The notes under the pieces: model-generated | The model's database searches: none | The model's input: only the letters and a program-made list of their open reading frames with translations | Told to the model about the DNA's origin: nothing | Program-made: the position numbers and the translations under genes | Origin: Erysipelotrichaceae bacterium UBA3379 | GTDB taxonomy: Bacteria; Bacillota_I; Bacilli_A; Erysipelotrichales; Coprobacillaceae | Length of the DNA stretch: 52,880 nucleotides | Direction of reading: 5' to 3' | Assembly (NCBI GenBank): GCA_002359025.1 | Contig: DEPZ01000001.1 | Coordinates: 1-52,880 of the forward strand | Shown here: one piece after another, positions 8,742 through 16,540 of the stretch | Position numbering within the stretch: position 1 is the stretch's first letter | How the letters are laid out: each line of letters starts with the position of its first letter

Positions 8742-9530
8742 TTATTTACATTTTCCAATAGGAATAATCATTGGCCGTTGTGTTATAGGATCTTTAATAA
8801 TTTTACTATTTAAACCATAAACTTCTCGTATGATTTCTTCATTAATTATTTCTTCTGGTGTTCCATGAGCTAGTAATTTTCCATTAGATATCGCAAATAT
8901 ATAATCTGCGTAGCGAGCAGATAGATTAATATCATGTAATACCATGGCGATGGTTGTACCTTTTTTCTGATTTAATTCAGTTAATAAGTCTAAAATTTCG
9001 ATCTGATAAGATATATCTAAAAAAGTTGTAGGTTCATCTAACAACAAAATATCTGTATCCTGTGCTAATGCTAAAGCTAGCCATACTCTCTGTCTTTGTC
9101 CACCGCTTAATTCATCTACACATCGATCAGCTAAATCAGAGATACCCATCATATCCATTGCTTCACTAACAATTTGATAATCTTCTTTGCTCATCCCTTT
9201 TAGTGGCTGACGATATGGAAATCGACCTCTTGCGACCAAATCAGCAACAGTTATTCCCTCAGGTACAATAGGTGACTGTGGCATTAATCCTAAGTTTTTT
9301 GCTAATGCTTTTGAAGGATATTTATGTATGTCTTTATTATTCAAATATACAGCACCATTTGAAGGAAGAACTAATTTGCATAATGTTTTCAATAAAGTTG
9401 ATTTCCCACATCCATTTGAACCAATTATTACACTAATTTTATGCTCTGGCAACACTAGATCGACATCCTTCACAATTGTATGATTTCCATATCCTGAGGA
9501 TAAATGTTCTGCATATAAACAATCTGTCAT
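8742..9530 (-). CDS. Iron-siderophore-type ABC transporter ATP-binding protein (FepC/FhuC-like)
   Basis: Walker A GSNGCGKST, signature LSGGQRQR, Walker B ILLLDEPT. Last gene of the operon with FecCD permeases. Confidence 0.9.
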   Translation of the reverse strand: MTDCLYAEHLSSGYGNHTIVKDVDLVLPEHKISVIIGSNGCGKSTLLKTLCKLVLPSNGAVYLNNKDIHKYPSKALAKNLGLMPQSPIVPEGITVADLVARGRFPYRQPLKGMSKEDYQIVSEAMDMMGISDLADRCVDELSGGQRQRVWLALALAQDTDILLLDEPTTFLDISYQIEILDLLTELNQKKGTTIAMVLHDINLSARYADYIFAISNGKLLAHGTPEEIINEEIIREVYGLNSKIIKDPITQRPMIIPIGKCK

Positions 9531-9531
9531 A

Positions 9532-10560
9532 TTAGCCTCCTTTATGATTCATTCTAAATAGCATCAGTAATAAATATGGTGCTCCTAAAATACCTGTAAT
9601 AATTCCTACTGGATAACGAGCTGGTAATAAATTTTGGGCAACTAAATCTCCCGCTAATACAAGAATAGCTCCCATAAGACCGGCTTGTAACATATTAGCC
9701 TGATTTCCTTTGCAGATTCTAGTAATGATAGGACCAGATAAAAAGGATACAGCTGCAATTGGACCACTGATGGAAGTTGCTACAGCAGAGAGAATAATTG
9801 CATTAACAATCAACAGTAACTTTGTTCTTTGAATATTTAAACCTAAAGTAGTCGCAAAATCTTCTCCCAACTGTAAAAGCATCAGTCTTCTACTTAAATA
9901 TACTAGAGAACTTCCCATGAAAATTACTACAATTACAATTCGAACCGCTTCTTCTATTGTGACATTATTTAAACTTCCGCTTAACCACCGTAAGGCATTT
10001 GCTACATCATATTGTGCTGCACGAAGTATAATATAAGAAATCACTGCTTGTAAGAATGCCTGAAATCCTAAACCGATTAAAATCATTCTGCCATTATTTG
10101 ATCCGATTCCCTGCGATAGACGATAGATCAGAAATGCTACAAGCATTCCGCCTAAGATTGCGCCAATAGAAACAGCATTTCCACTCCAATGAAGGATAAG
10201 AATACAAAATACAGCTACTGTACTAGCTCCAGATGTTACGCCTATAATATCAGGACTAGCTAATGGATTACCTAACATTTTCTGAAAGGTATTTCCTGCC
10301 ATACCAAAGGCTATTCCACAAAATACGCCTGCTAACATTCTTGGAAAACGTAATGTATTAACAGTAAATGATGCTCCTGGTATATTTTCATACAATAAGG
10401 ACTGAATAACAGTATTTAGAGAGTAAAAAGTATTACCAAGCATCATGGATAGTGCCATAAGTATACATAATATAATGCATAATATGATAGTAATGGTTAT
10501 AATTCTTTTTCTCTGGTGATGATAAACACGTTCTATAATTTCTCTTGTCTGTTTTTTCAT
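9532..10560 (-). CDS. FecCD-family iron-chelate ABC permease
   Basis: 342 aa polytopic protein with typical FecCD C-terminus (GIITGILGAPYLLLML). Confidence 0.9.
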   Translation of the reverse strand: MKKQTREIIERVYHHQRKRIITITIILCIILCILMALSMMLGNTFYSLNTVIQSLLYENIPGASFTVNTLRFPRMLAGVFCGIAFGMAGNTFQKMLGNPLASPDIIGVTSGASTVAVFCILILHWSGNAVSIGAILGGMLVAFLIYRLSQGIGSNNGRMILIGLGFQAFLQAVISYIILRAAQYDVANALRWLSGSLNNVTIEEAVRIVIVVIFMGSSLVYLSRRLMLLQLGEDFATTLGLNIQRTKLLLIVNAIILSAVATSISGPIAAVSFLSGPIITRICKGNQANMLQAGLMGAILVLAGDLVAQNLLPARYPVGIITGILGAPYLLLMLFRMNHKGG

Positions 10561-11552
10561 AAACTACGTATTTTCACCTTTCTAACAATATAAATAAAGA
10601 CTGGCGCTCCAAGAATTGCGGTTATAATTCCAACTTCTAATTCTGCTGGACTTGCGATTACTCTTCCAATAATATCTGCACCTAGTAACAGTATGCTTCC
10701 TCCCAATGCAGATAATGGAAGGAGATAATGCATATTCGATCCTATTAATAATCGCATAATATGGGGAACCATTAATCCAACAAAAGCAATTGGACCAGCT
10801 AATGCTGTTGTAGCACCACATAATAGTACTCCTGCAAATGCTGCCATTGCTCTTACTTTCTTACTATTTATTCCTAAGCTTGTGGCTAATTCATCGCCTA
10901 ACGCTAAAGTATTTAATGAAGATGATAAATAAAATGATAGAAGTAATCCTAAAATGAAATACGGAAGCAGTACTAAAATCATATTCCACTTAGCTCCGCC
11001 AATACTTCCTGTTTGCCAAAAACGAAAACTATCCATTACCTGTGAATTTGGTAACATGATTGTATTCACTAATGACATAAGTGCCATCGATGTTGCAGCT
11101 CCTGCTAGTGCTAACTTAATTGGAGTAGCTCCACTTTGTCCTACAGAAGCAATACCATAAACAAGTATTGCAGTTAATATAGCCCCTGTGAAACCAAGCC
11201 AGATATACTGACTTGGTGAAGAGATTGAAAAGAACGCAATTCCCACAACCACAAAGAGAGAGGCTCCTGTATTTATTCCTAAAATACTAGGATCTGCAAT
11301 TGGATTTCGGGTAATTGATTGCATCAGACAACCAGATACTCCTAAAGAAGCTCCAGCTAAAATACCAAACAAAGTTCGTGGTATTCTTGCCTGAACAACA
11401 CTAATAGAAAAGCTTTCTTTGTTGGTAAATAATGCATCAAATAATGTCTCCATATCTACTGATTTAGAACCATATAAAATAGACAATGCAGAAACAACAA
11501 TTAGACATAGAGAAAGAATCACAAACAAGAAATAAACATTCTTTTTTCTCAT
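10557..11552 (-). CDS. FecCD-family iron-chelate ABC permease
   Basis: 331 aa, paralogous to the neighbouring permease (GIITAILGAPVFIYIV). 4-nt overlaps at both ends. Confidence 0.9.
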   Translation of the reverse strand: MRKKNVYFLFVILSLCLIVVSALSILYGSKSVDMETLFDALFTNKESFSISVVQARIPRTLFGILAGASLGVSGCLMQSITRNPIADPSILGINTGASLFVVVGIAFFSISSPSQYIWLGFTGAILTAILVYGIASVGQSGATPIKLALAGAATSMALMSLVNTIMLPNSQVMDSFRFWQTGSIGGAKWNMILVLLPYFILGLLLSFYLSSSLNTLALGDELATSLGINSKKVRAMAAFAGVLLCGATTALAGPIAFVGLMVPHIMRLLIGSNMHYLLPLSALGGSILLLGADIIGRVIASPAELEVGIITAILGAPVFIYIVRKVKIRSL

Positions 11553-12571
11553 TCGTTTACCTTATCTGCAGCCTGTCCAATTAATGATAAATACTCATCA
11601 ATTGTTGCAGAAATACCTAAAACTGTAGGAGTCGCAGAACCTGCTAATGCACTATTACTATCAATAACTACTACTGACCCACGTTTAATAGCTGGAATCT
11701 TTCCAAAGATAGCATCTTTCTGTAAAGCTTTTAGGGTTGTATCATCACCATAAGTAACTAAAATATCTACATTATTTAAAATATCTGCATTTTCTGCGGA
11801 AACCGTCAAAGAGAAAGTCGTTTCATCTTTTCCCATTTCCTTAATATTTTCAGGGAATGATAAACCTAAGTCTGTAAGATAGGAAGCTCTAGGATCACTA
11901 GTTAAATATACATAGAATGAGCTAGTATCTGCTGGATTAACCCAAAGGAAAGCTCCGCTTTTGCCTTCTATCTGAGGATATTCTTTCAATTTATTCGCAA
12001 TTAATTGTTCAGTTTCTTTAACCAATGCTTCTCCTTCATCTTTCATCCCCATAGCTTCTGCATTAATCGTAACTTGCTCTCTCCAATATGTCTGCCATGC
12101 TACACGTGGATATGCAACTACAGGAGCAATTTTACTTAAGGTATCATACTCTTCTTGTGTTAATCCTGAATAAGCAGCTAGAATGATATCCGGATTACTA
12201 TCCGCAATAGCTTCATAATCTAACCCATCTGTATCATCATAGACTACTGGCTCTGTTACTCCTAATTTTTTAAATGCCTCCTGTGTCCATGGTGATAACC
12301 CATCTTTCGTTAATTCACCGAAATTTCCTTTTGAAACACCAACTGGAGCAACTCCCAATGCCAATGGGACATCCTGATTTCCCCAAGCTATGGTTGCTAT
12401 GCGCTCTGGCTTTTCTGTAATCGTTGTTTCTCCAAAAGCATGTTTTATTGTAATTGGAAATTGTGTAGATGTATTTGTATTTTTATTTTCATATTCATTA
12501 GTTGACGATGATGAACAAGCTGTTGTCATCAATAAGAAACCTGTAACTACTACAGCAAAAAATTTTTTCAT
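11549..12571 (-). CDS. Iron-siderophore ABC substrate-binding lipoprotein
   Basis: Start moved to ATG 12571 (MKKFFAVVVTGFLLMTTACSS, lipobox-like), which follows GGAGG. Periplasmic-binding-protein type 2 pattern. Confidence 0.85.
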   Translation of the reverse strand: MKKFFAVVVTGFLLMTTACSSSSTNEYENKNTNTSTQFPITIKHAFGETTITEKPERIATIAWGNQDVPLALGVAPVGVSKGNFGELTKDGLSPWTQEAFKKLGVTEPVVYDDTDGLDYEAIADSNPDIILAAYSGLTQEEYDTLSKIAPVVAYPRVAWQTYWREQVTINAEAMGMKDEGEALVKETEQLIANKLKEYPQIEGKSGAFLWVNPADTSSFYVYLTSDPRASYLTDLGLSFPENIKEMGKDETTFSLTVSAENADILNNVDILVTYGDDTTLKALQKDAIFGKIPAIKRGSVVVIDSNSALAGSATPTVLGISATIDEYLSLIGQAADKVNE

Positions 12572-12587
12572 ATAAACCTCCATACAT

Positions 12588-12605
12588 AGTTAGTTTTAAC
12601 TAACT
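12588..12605. promoter_or_regulatory. Perfect 8-2-8 palindrome AGTTAGTT-TT-AACTAACT between promoter and RBS of the iron ABC operon (candidate metalloregulator operator)
   Basis: Read directly. Lies 10-27 nt downstream of the -10 hexamer. The TTAG..CTAA architecture recalls DtxR/IdeR-type boxes rather than a Fur box. Confidence 0.4.
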
Positions 12606-12614
12606 TATGAAATA

Positions 12615-12643
12615 ATAATATCAGAACATAACATTTATGTCAA
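12615..12643 (-). promoter_or_regulatory. SigA-type promoter of the iron ABC operon
   Basis: Minus strand TTGACA (12638-12643), 17-nt spacer, TATTAT (12615-12620). Confidence 0.5.
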
Positions 12644-12692
12644 TACTATATTAATTTTGAGTTTCGTCTGATTCAAATATGATAATGTCTTA

Positions 12693-14214
12693 ATATACCC
12701 AAGTTGAATATGTCCTGCATGCAAGACATATTCAAAAATAAATGTTATGATATAACCTCACTTTTATTTGGAGGTTATTGTATGAGAAAGGTTGAATTAA
12801 GAATGAATGAAGAAAATAAATACTTGATTATTAAAAAGCTTGTAGATACCAACGGTAATAAAAAACGTGCCGCCATCAAACTCAACTGCACTGTGAGAAC
12901 TGTAAACAGGATGATCATTAGATATAAAACTTATGGGAAAGCCGGTTTTATTCATGGTAATAGAGGCAGAGCTCCTGCTACAACTATTCCTCTTGATATC
13001 AAAAACCAGATTATCAAGCTTTATGTTGAAAATTACAGTGATGCCAATTTTTCACATTTCTGTGAAATTGTTCAGGAGGATCTCAATGTCAAAATCAGTG
13101 ATACTACTCTAAACAAATGGCTTAGAGATGAAAATATCATCTCTCCCAAGGCTACTAGAAAAACAAGAACTATTCTCAAAAGTCAGCTTAAGGCGCAGCT
13201 GAAAAGTACTTCTTCTAAAAAAATTCAAAATGAAATCAAGGAAATCATTGCTTCCGTCGATGAGAGGGATGCTCACCCCAGAAGGCCAAGATGCAAATAT
13301 ATGGGCGAAATGATTCAAATGGATGCTTCTTCATTCGAATGGATTCCTGGTCATATCTGGCATCTTCACCTCGCTGTCGATGATGCAACTGGTGAAGTCG
13401 TTGGTGCCTGCTTTGATTATCAGGAAACCTTAAAAGGATACTATAATGTACTTTATCAGATTCTCAACAATTACGGCATACCTGCTATGTTCTATACTGA
13501 CAGACGCACTGTATTTGAATATAAAAGAAAAAACAACACCTTTGATGACGAGGATACATTTACACAATTTTCGTATGCTTGTCATAATCTTGGCATTGAT
13601 ATAAAAACAACGAGCGTCGCTCAAGCCAAAGGCAGAATCGAACGAATGAACCAAACATTCCAGTCAAGACTGCCTGTCGAACTTAAACGCGCTCATATCA
13701 ATGATATAGAGTCTGCCAATGAATTTTTAAAATCCTACCTAAAAAAATTCAATGAAAGATTTGCTCTACACATCAATAGTACCAAATCCGTCTTTGAAAT
13801 GCAACCTACATTGGAGCAGATCAATTACACACTGGCTGTTCTTTCACCAAGAAAGATTGATTCCGGGCATAGCATCAAATTCAAGAACAGGTTGTATATT
13901 CCGGTCACATCAGATGGAACGCCATGTTATATGAAGAACAGGATGGATTGCATGGTTATAGAAGCGTTTGATGGGAATTTATATGTGAATATACTTGATC
14001 AGATCTATTTGATGCAGGAGATTCCAGAACATATGCAATATTCAAAAGAATTTGATGAAGAGATAGAACCAAAGAAGAAAAAAGTCAAGTATGTTCCGCC
14101 AATGAGCCATCCATGGAAACAAGGTTCATATTTAAATTATCTTGCAAAACAAAAGCACCGCAATTCTGGTGCTAATGTTTAACATTTTTTAGGACATTTT
14201 CAATTTTGCTTGAC
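12693..14214 (+). mobile_element. Insertion sequence, IS1202/ISNCY-like
   Basis: Terminal inverted repeats share the core TTGAATATGTCCT (12704-12716) versus the reverse complement of AGGACATTTTCAA (14191-14203), 12/13 identical; the outer ~11 nt are only weakly matched, so the exact ends are uncertain. One transposase gene. The left end forms an 11-bp perfect hairpin, TTGAATATGTC-N10-GACATATTCAA (12704-12735). Confidence 0.75.
12782..14182 (+). CDS. DDE (rve/integrase-core) transposase with N-terminal HTH, ISNCY/IS1202-group-like
   Basis: Start moved to ATG 12782 (MRKVELRMNEE), which follows GGAGG. HTH ...AAIKLNCTVRTVNRMIIRYKTYGKAGFIHGNRGR..., then the DDE core (IQMDASSFEW ... YTDRRTVF). Confidence 0.85.
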   Translation: MRKVELRMNEENKYLIIKKLVDTNGNKKRAAIKLNCTVRTVNRMIIRYKTYGKAGFIHGNRGRAPATTIPLDIKNQIIKLYVENYSDANFSHFCEIVQEDLNVKISDTTLNKWLRDENIISPKATRKTRTILKSQLKAQLKSTSSKKIQNEIKEIIASVDERDAHPRRPRCKYMGEMIQMDASSFEWIPGHIWHLHLAVDDATGEVVGACFDYQETLKGYYNVLYQILNNYGIPAMFYTDRRTVFEYKRKNNTFDDEDTFTQFSYACHNLGIDIKTTSVAQAKGRIERMNQTFQSRLPVELKRAHINDIESANEFLKSYLKKFNERFALHINSTKSVFEMQPTLEQINYTLAVLSPRKIDSGHSIKFKNRLYIPVTSDGTPCYMKNRMDCMVIEAFDGNLYVNILDQIYLMQEIPEHMQYSKEFDEEIEPKKKKVKYVPPMSHPWKQGSYLNYLAKQKHRNSGANV

Positions 14215-14242
14215 AGCAAAGTCTATATTTTTCATGAAATAA
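14215..14242. repeat. Right copy of the perfect 28-bp direct repeat
   Basis: Identical to 8660-8687. Directly abuts the right terminus of the IS. Confidence 0.95.
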
Positions 14243-14257
14243 TCAGTATTTTTATAT

Positions 14258-14974
14258 TTAATGACAAACACTGCATGCCTCATAACCTTGGCTTATTGCC
14301 TTACTTTTTGAAATTGCAATTTTACTTTTTCTTAAATATCTGCATCCTGCTTCATGATATTTATTTCCTGTCTTTGTAATATATACTGTAGAACTTACAT
14401 TATTTTGCTTTGTTGTATTATTTTTTTGACTAGATGACTTAGTACTACTACTTTTCTTTGAACTTGTTGATTTATTCGATGTACTGTTACTCTTTTTAGA
14501 ATTAGTACTATTTTTATTTGATGTATTATTCTCACGAATAGGGTTATCTGTGTTTGGATCATTTACAGTCACTTGGCAACTTGTTGTCTTACCATCTACA
14601 CTTGCATGAATAATAGCATGACCTGCTTTTAATGCTTTTACATTCCCTTTAGCATCTACACTTGCAATAGTATCATTACTTGATTTATATACTATGTCAT
14701 GAGGACTATTTGTTTCTACTTGTAACACTTGACTTGCATCTTTATTCAATTTTATAGAAGTAACTGATGGTTTCAATGTCACCTCTTCAATATTTACAGG
14801 TATATCTATATGTGCTTCGTTTCCATATAAATCTTGTGCAATTACTTTTGCCTGATATTTTCCTGGAGTTGCATAATCCACCTGATCATCTTCAATTATT
14901 GTTTTATATTGTGATTTGTCTTGTACATCTATATATTGACTATAATCAATATTATTATTTTGTAAAACATTCAC
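14258..14974 (-). CDS. Surface-protein fragment: Ig-like (Big_2-type) domain, S/K/N/T-rich linker, C-terminal Cys motif; probably 5'-truncated
   Basis: Big_2-like VYKSSNDTIASVDAKGNVKALKAGHAIIHASVDGKTTSCQVTV; tail YITKTGNKYHEAGCRYL...ACSVCH. GTG start only and no signal peptide. The frame is open a further 55 codons upstream, to the dusB stop. Confidence 0.6.
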   Translation of the reverse strand: MNVLQNNNIDYSQYIDVQDKSQYKTIIEDDQVDYATPGKYQAKVIAQDLYGNEAHIDIPVNIEEVTLKPSVTSIKLNKDASQVLQVETNSPHDIVYKSSNDTIASVDAKGNVKALKAGHAIIHASVDGKTTSCQVTVNDPNTDNPIRENNTSNKNSTNSKKSNSTSNKSTSSKKSSSTKSSSQKNNTTKQNNVSSTVYITKTGNKYHEAGCRYLRKSKIAISKSKAISQGYEACSVCH

Positions 14975-15139
14975 GGGTTCTTTTAATGTAAGTATAGGTT
15001 TAACAGTATCTTTTACCTCTACTTTTAAAGTTTCTGTTTTGCCTCCAGATTGAAAATCAATGCTATATGTACCAACTTCGAGGACCTTATTAAAGTCATC
15101 AATATCTTGACTTGAATAATCTATATTCTTTTTATCTCC

Positions 15140-16156
15140 CTATTTTTCTCCTAATCTATCAAATTCACTTCTATCTCCTGTATGTAAATACATACGATAA
15201 GCCTCTAAAACAGCTACCATCTCATCAAAGGTATCAATCTTAGATAACCTATTTTTGACTTGCGATGCAGATTTTAACCCCTTGATATACCATGGAGCAT
15301 GTCCACGCATCTGTCTAATTGCATTTTTTTCTCCTTCGACTGGTAACAATCTTTTCGCATGTTGAATACATTGATCTATCTTCTCATCTGCACTAGGTTC
15401 ATCTAATAAAACATCATGTTCAACATATTCTACCATTTGTTTGATAACCCAAGGATTTCCTAATGCGGCTCTTCCTACCATCACTGCATCACATCCTGTT
15501 TCTTCCAACATTCGCTTTGCATCTTGCGGTGTTTTGACATCACCATTACCAATAACAGGTATAGAAACAGCTTCTTTCACTTTTTTTATCCATGTCCAAT
15601 CAGCTTCACCCTCGTACATTTGTGAACGTGTTCTCCCATGAACAGCAATTGCACTTGCCCCGGCTTTTTCAATAAGTTTTGCTATTTCAACACAATTAAT
15701 ACTTTCAAAATCAAAACCAATTCTAATTTTTACTGTCACTGGTTTACTCACAGCTTCGACCACATTTTTAACAATATCATAGACAAGATCAGGATATTTC
15801 AACAAATAACTTCCTGCTTTTGCCTTTAGAACTTTATTCACTGGACATCCCATATTAATATCAATAATATCACAATTAGAATTTTCATCTACAAACTTAG
15901 CTGCTGTGACCATAGACTCAACATCTCCACCAAAGACTTGTATACTCACTGGATGTTCATCACTATCTATTTTCAACATATCTATTGTTTTTTGATTACC
16001 ATAAACAAGAGCTTTGTCACTCACCATTTCACTTACAACTAATCCAGCACCAAACTCCTTAATAATTTTACGGAAAGCTATATTTGTAATACCAGCCATA
16101 GGTGCCATAACGATTCTATTTTCTATTTCAATATTTCCTATTTTCCATTGACTCAA
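15140..16156 (-). CDS. dusB: tRNA-dihydrouridine synthase
   Basis: 338 aa with the [14 protein letters not shown]-terminus and TIM-barrel Dus motifs. Position next to lysS as in Bacillus. Confidence 0.92.
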   Translation of the reverse strand: MSQWKIGNIEIENRIVMAPMAGITNIAFRKIIKEFGAGLVVSEMVSDKALVYGNQKTIDMLKIDSDEHPVSIQVFGGDVESMVTAAKFVDENSNCDIIDINMGCPVNKVLKAKAGSYLLKYPDLVYDIVKNVVEAVSKPVTVKIRIGFDFESINCVEIAKLIEKAGASAIAVHGRTRSQMYEGEADWTWIKKVKEAVSIPVIGNGDVKTPQDAKRMLEETGCDAVMVGRAALGNPWVIKQMVEYVEHDVLLDEPSADEKIDQCIQHAKRLLPVEGEKNAIRQMRGHAPWYIKGLKSASQVKNRLSKIDTFDEMVAVLEAYRMYLHTGDRSEFDRLGEK

Positions 16157-16340
16157 TTTATATCACCTAACATAATATAACATTTTTTCTTGATAAATCA
16201 AAGATAAATAACTGTTATATTTAAAGCATAGGAGGCGATGCAAAAAAAGAAAAATATAAATATCTCCCTCTTCCAATATATTTTTCTTATTTTATAAAAT
16301 TTAATGTATAAACATAAATAGAATGGGTAATATACATATA

Positions 16341-16470
16341 GATAACTTACTCGTTCCCCTCTATTTTCCTCCCCATTAAATAGAAGTAAGTTATCGATTC
16401 ATTATATTCCTAATATTAATAAACACGAAAAGAAAGCATATCCCATCATGCTTTCTTTTCCTATTTCTTA
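16341..16470 (+). ncRNA. Candidate small RNA: 11-bp hairpin with a C-rich 33-nt loop, then a 13-bp terminator hairpin with a CCC loop
   Basis: GATAACTTACT (16341-16351) pairs with AGTAAGTTATC (16385-16395); the loop contains UUCCCCU and CCUCCCCA. GAAAAGAAAGCAT (16427-16439) pairs with ATGCTTTCTTTTC (16448-16460), loop AUCCCAUC. No convincing ORF and only a weak promoter (TAATAT 16328-16333). Confidence 0.3.
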
Positions 16471-16540
16471 AGAAATATTAAGATTTTCTTTCATAATTCT
16501 TCCATATGGAGTTGTTATAATGTAGGTGGAGGGAAAAAGT

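Noticed and set aside
9949-9956. TTCGAACC, resembling a tRNA T-loop/arm motif
   Set aside because: It lies inside a well-supported permease CDS with no cloverleaf context. I found no tRNA, rRNA or tmRNA gene in the window.
14204-14215. TTGACA formed at the right IS terminus, facing outward; possible IS-borne hybrid promoter
   Set aside because: There is no acceptable -10 hexamer at 16-18 nt, and all downstream genes are on the opposite strand.
16238-16297. 19-aa ORF after AGGAGG in the dusB/ABC intergenic region
   Set aside because: The SD is only 2 nt from the ATG, which is too close for initiation. The peptide is low-complexity.
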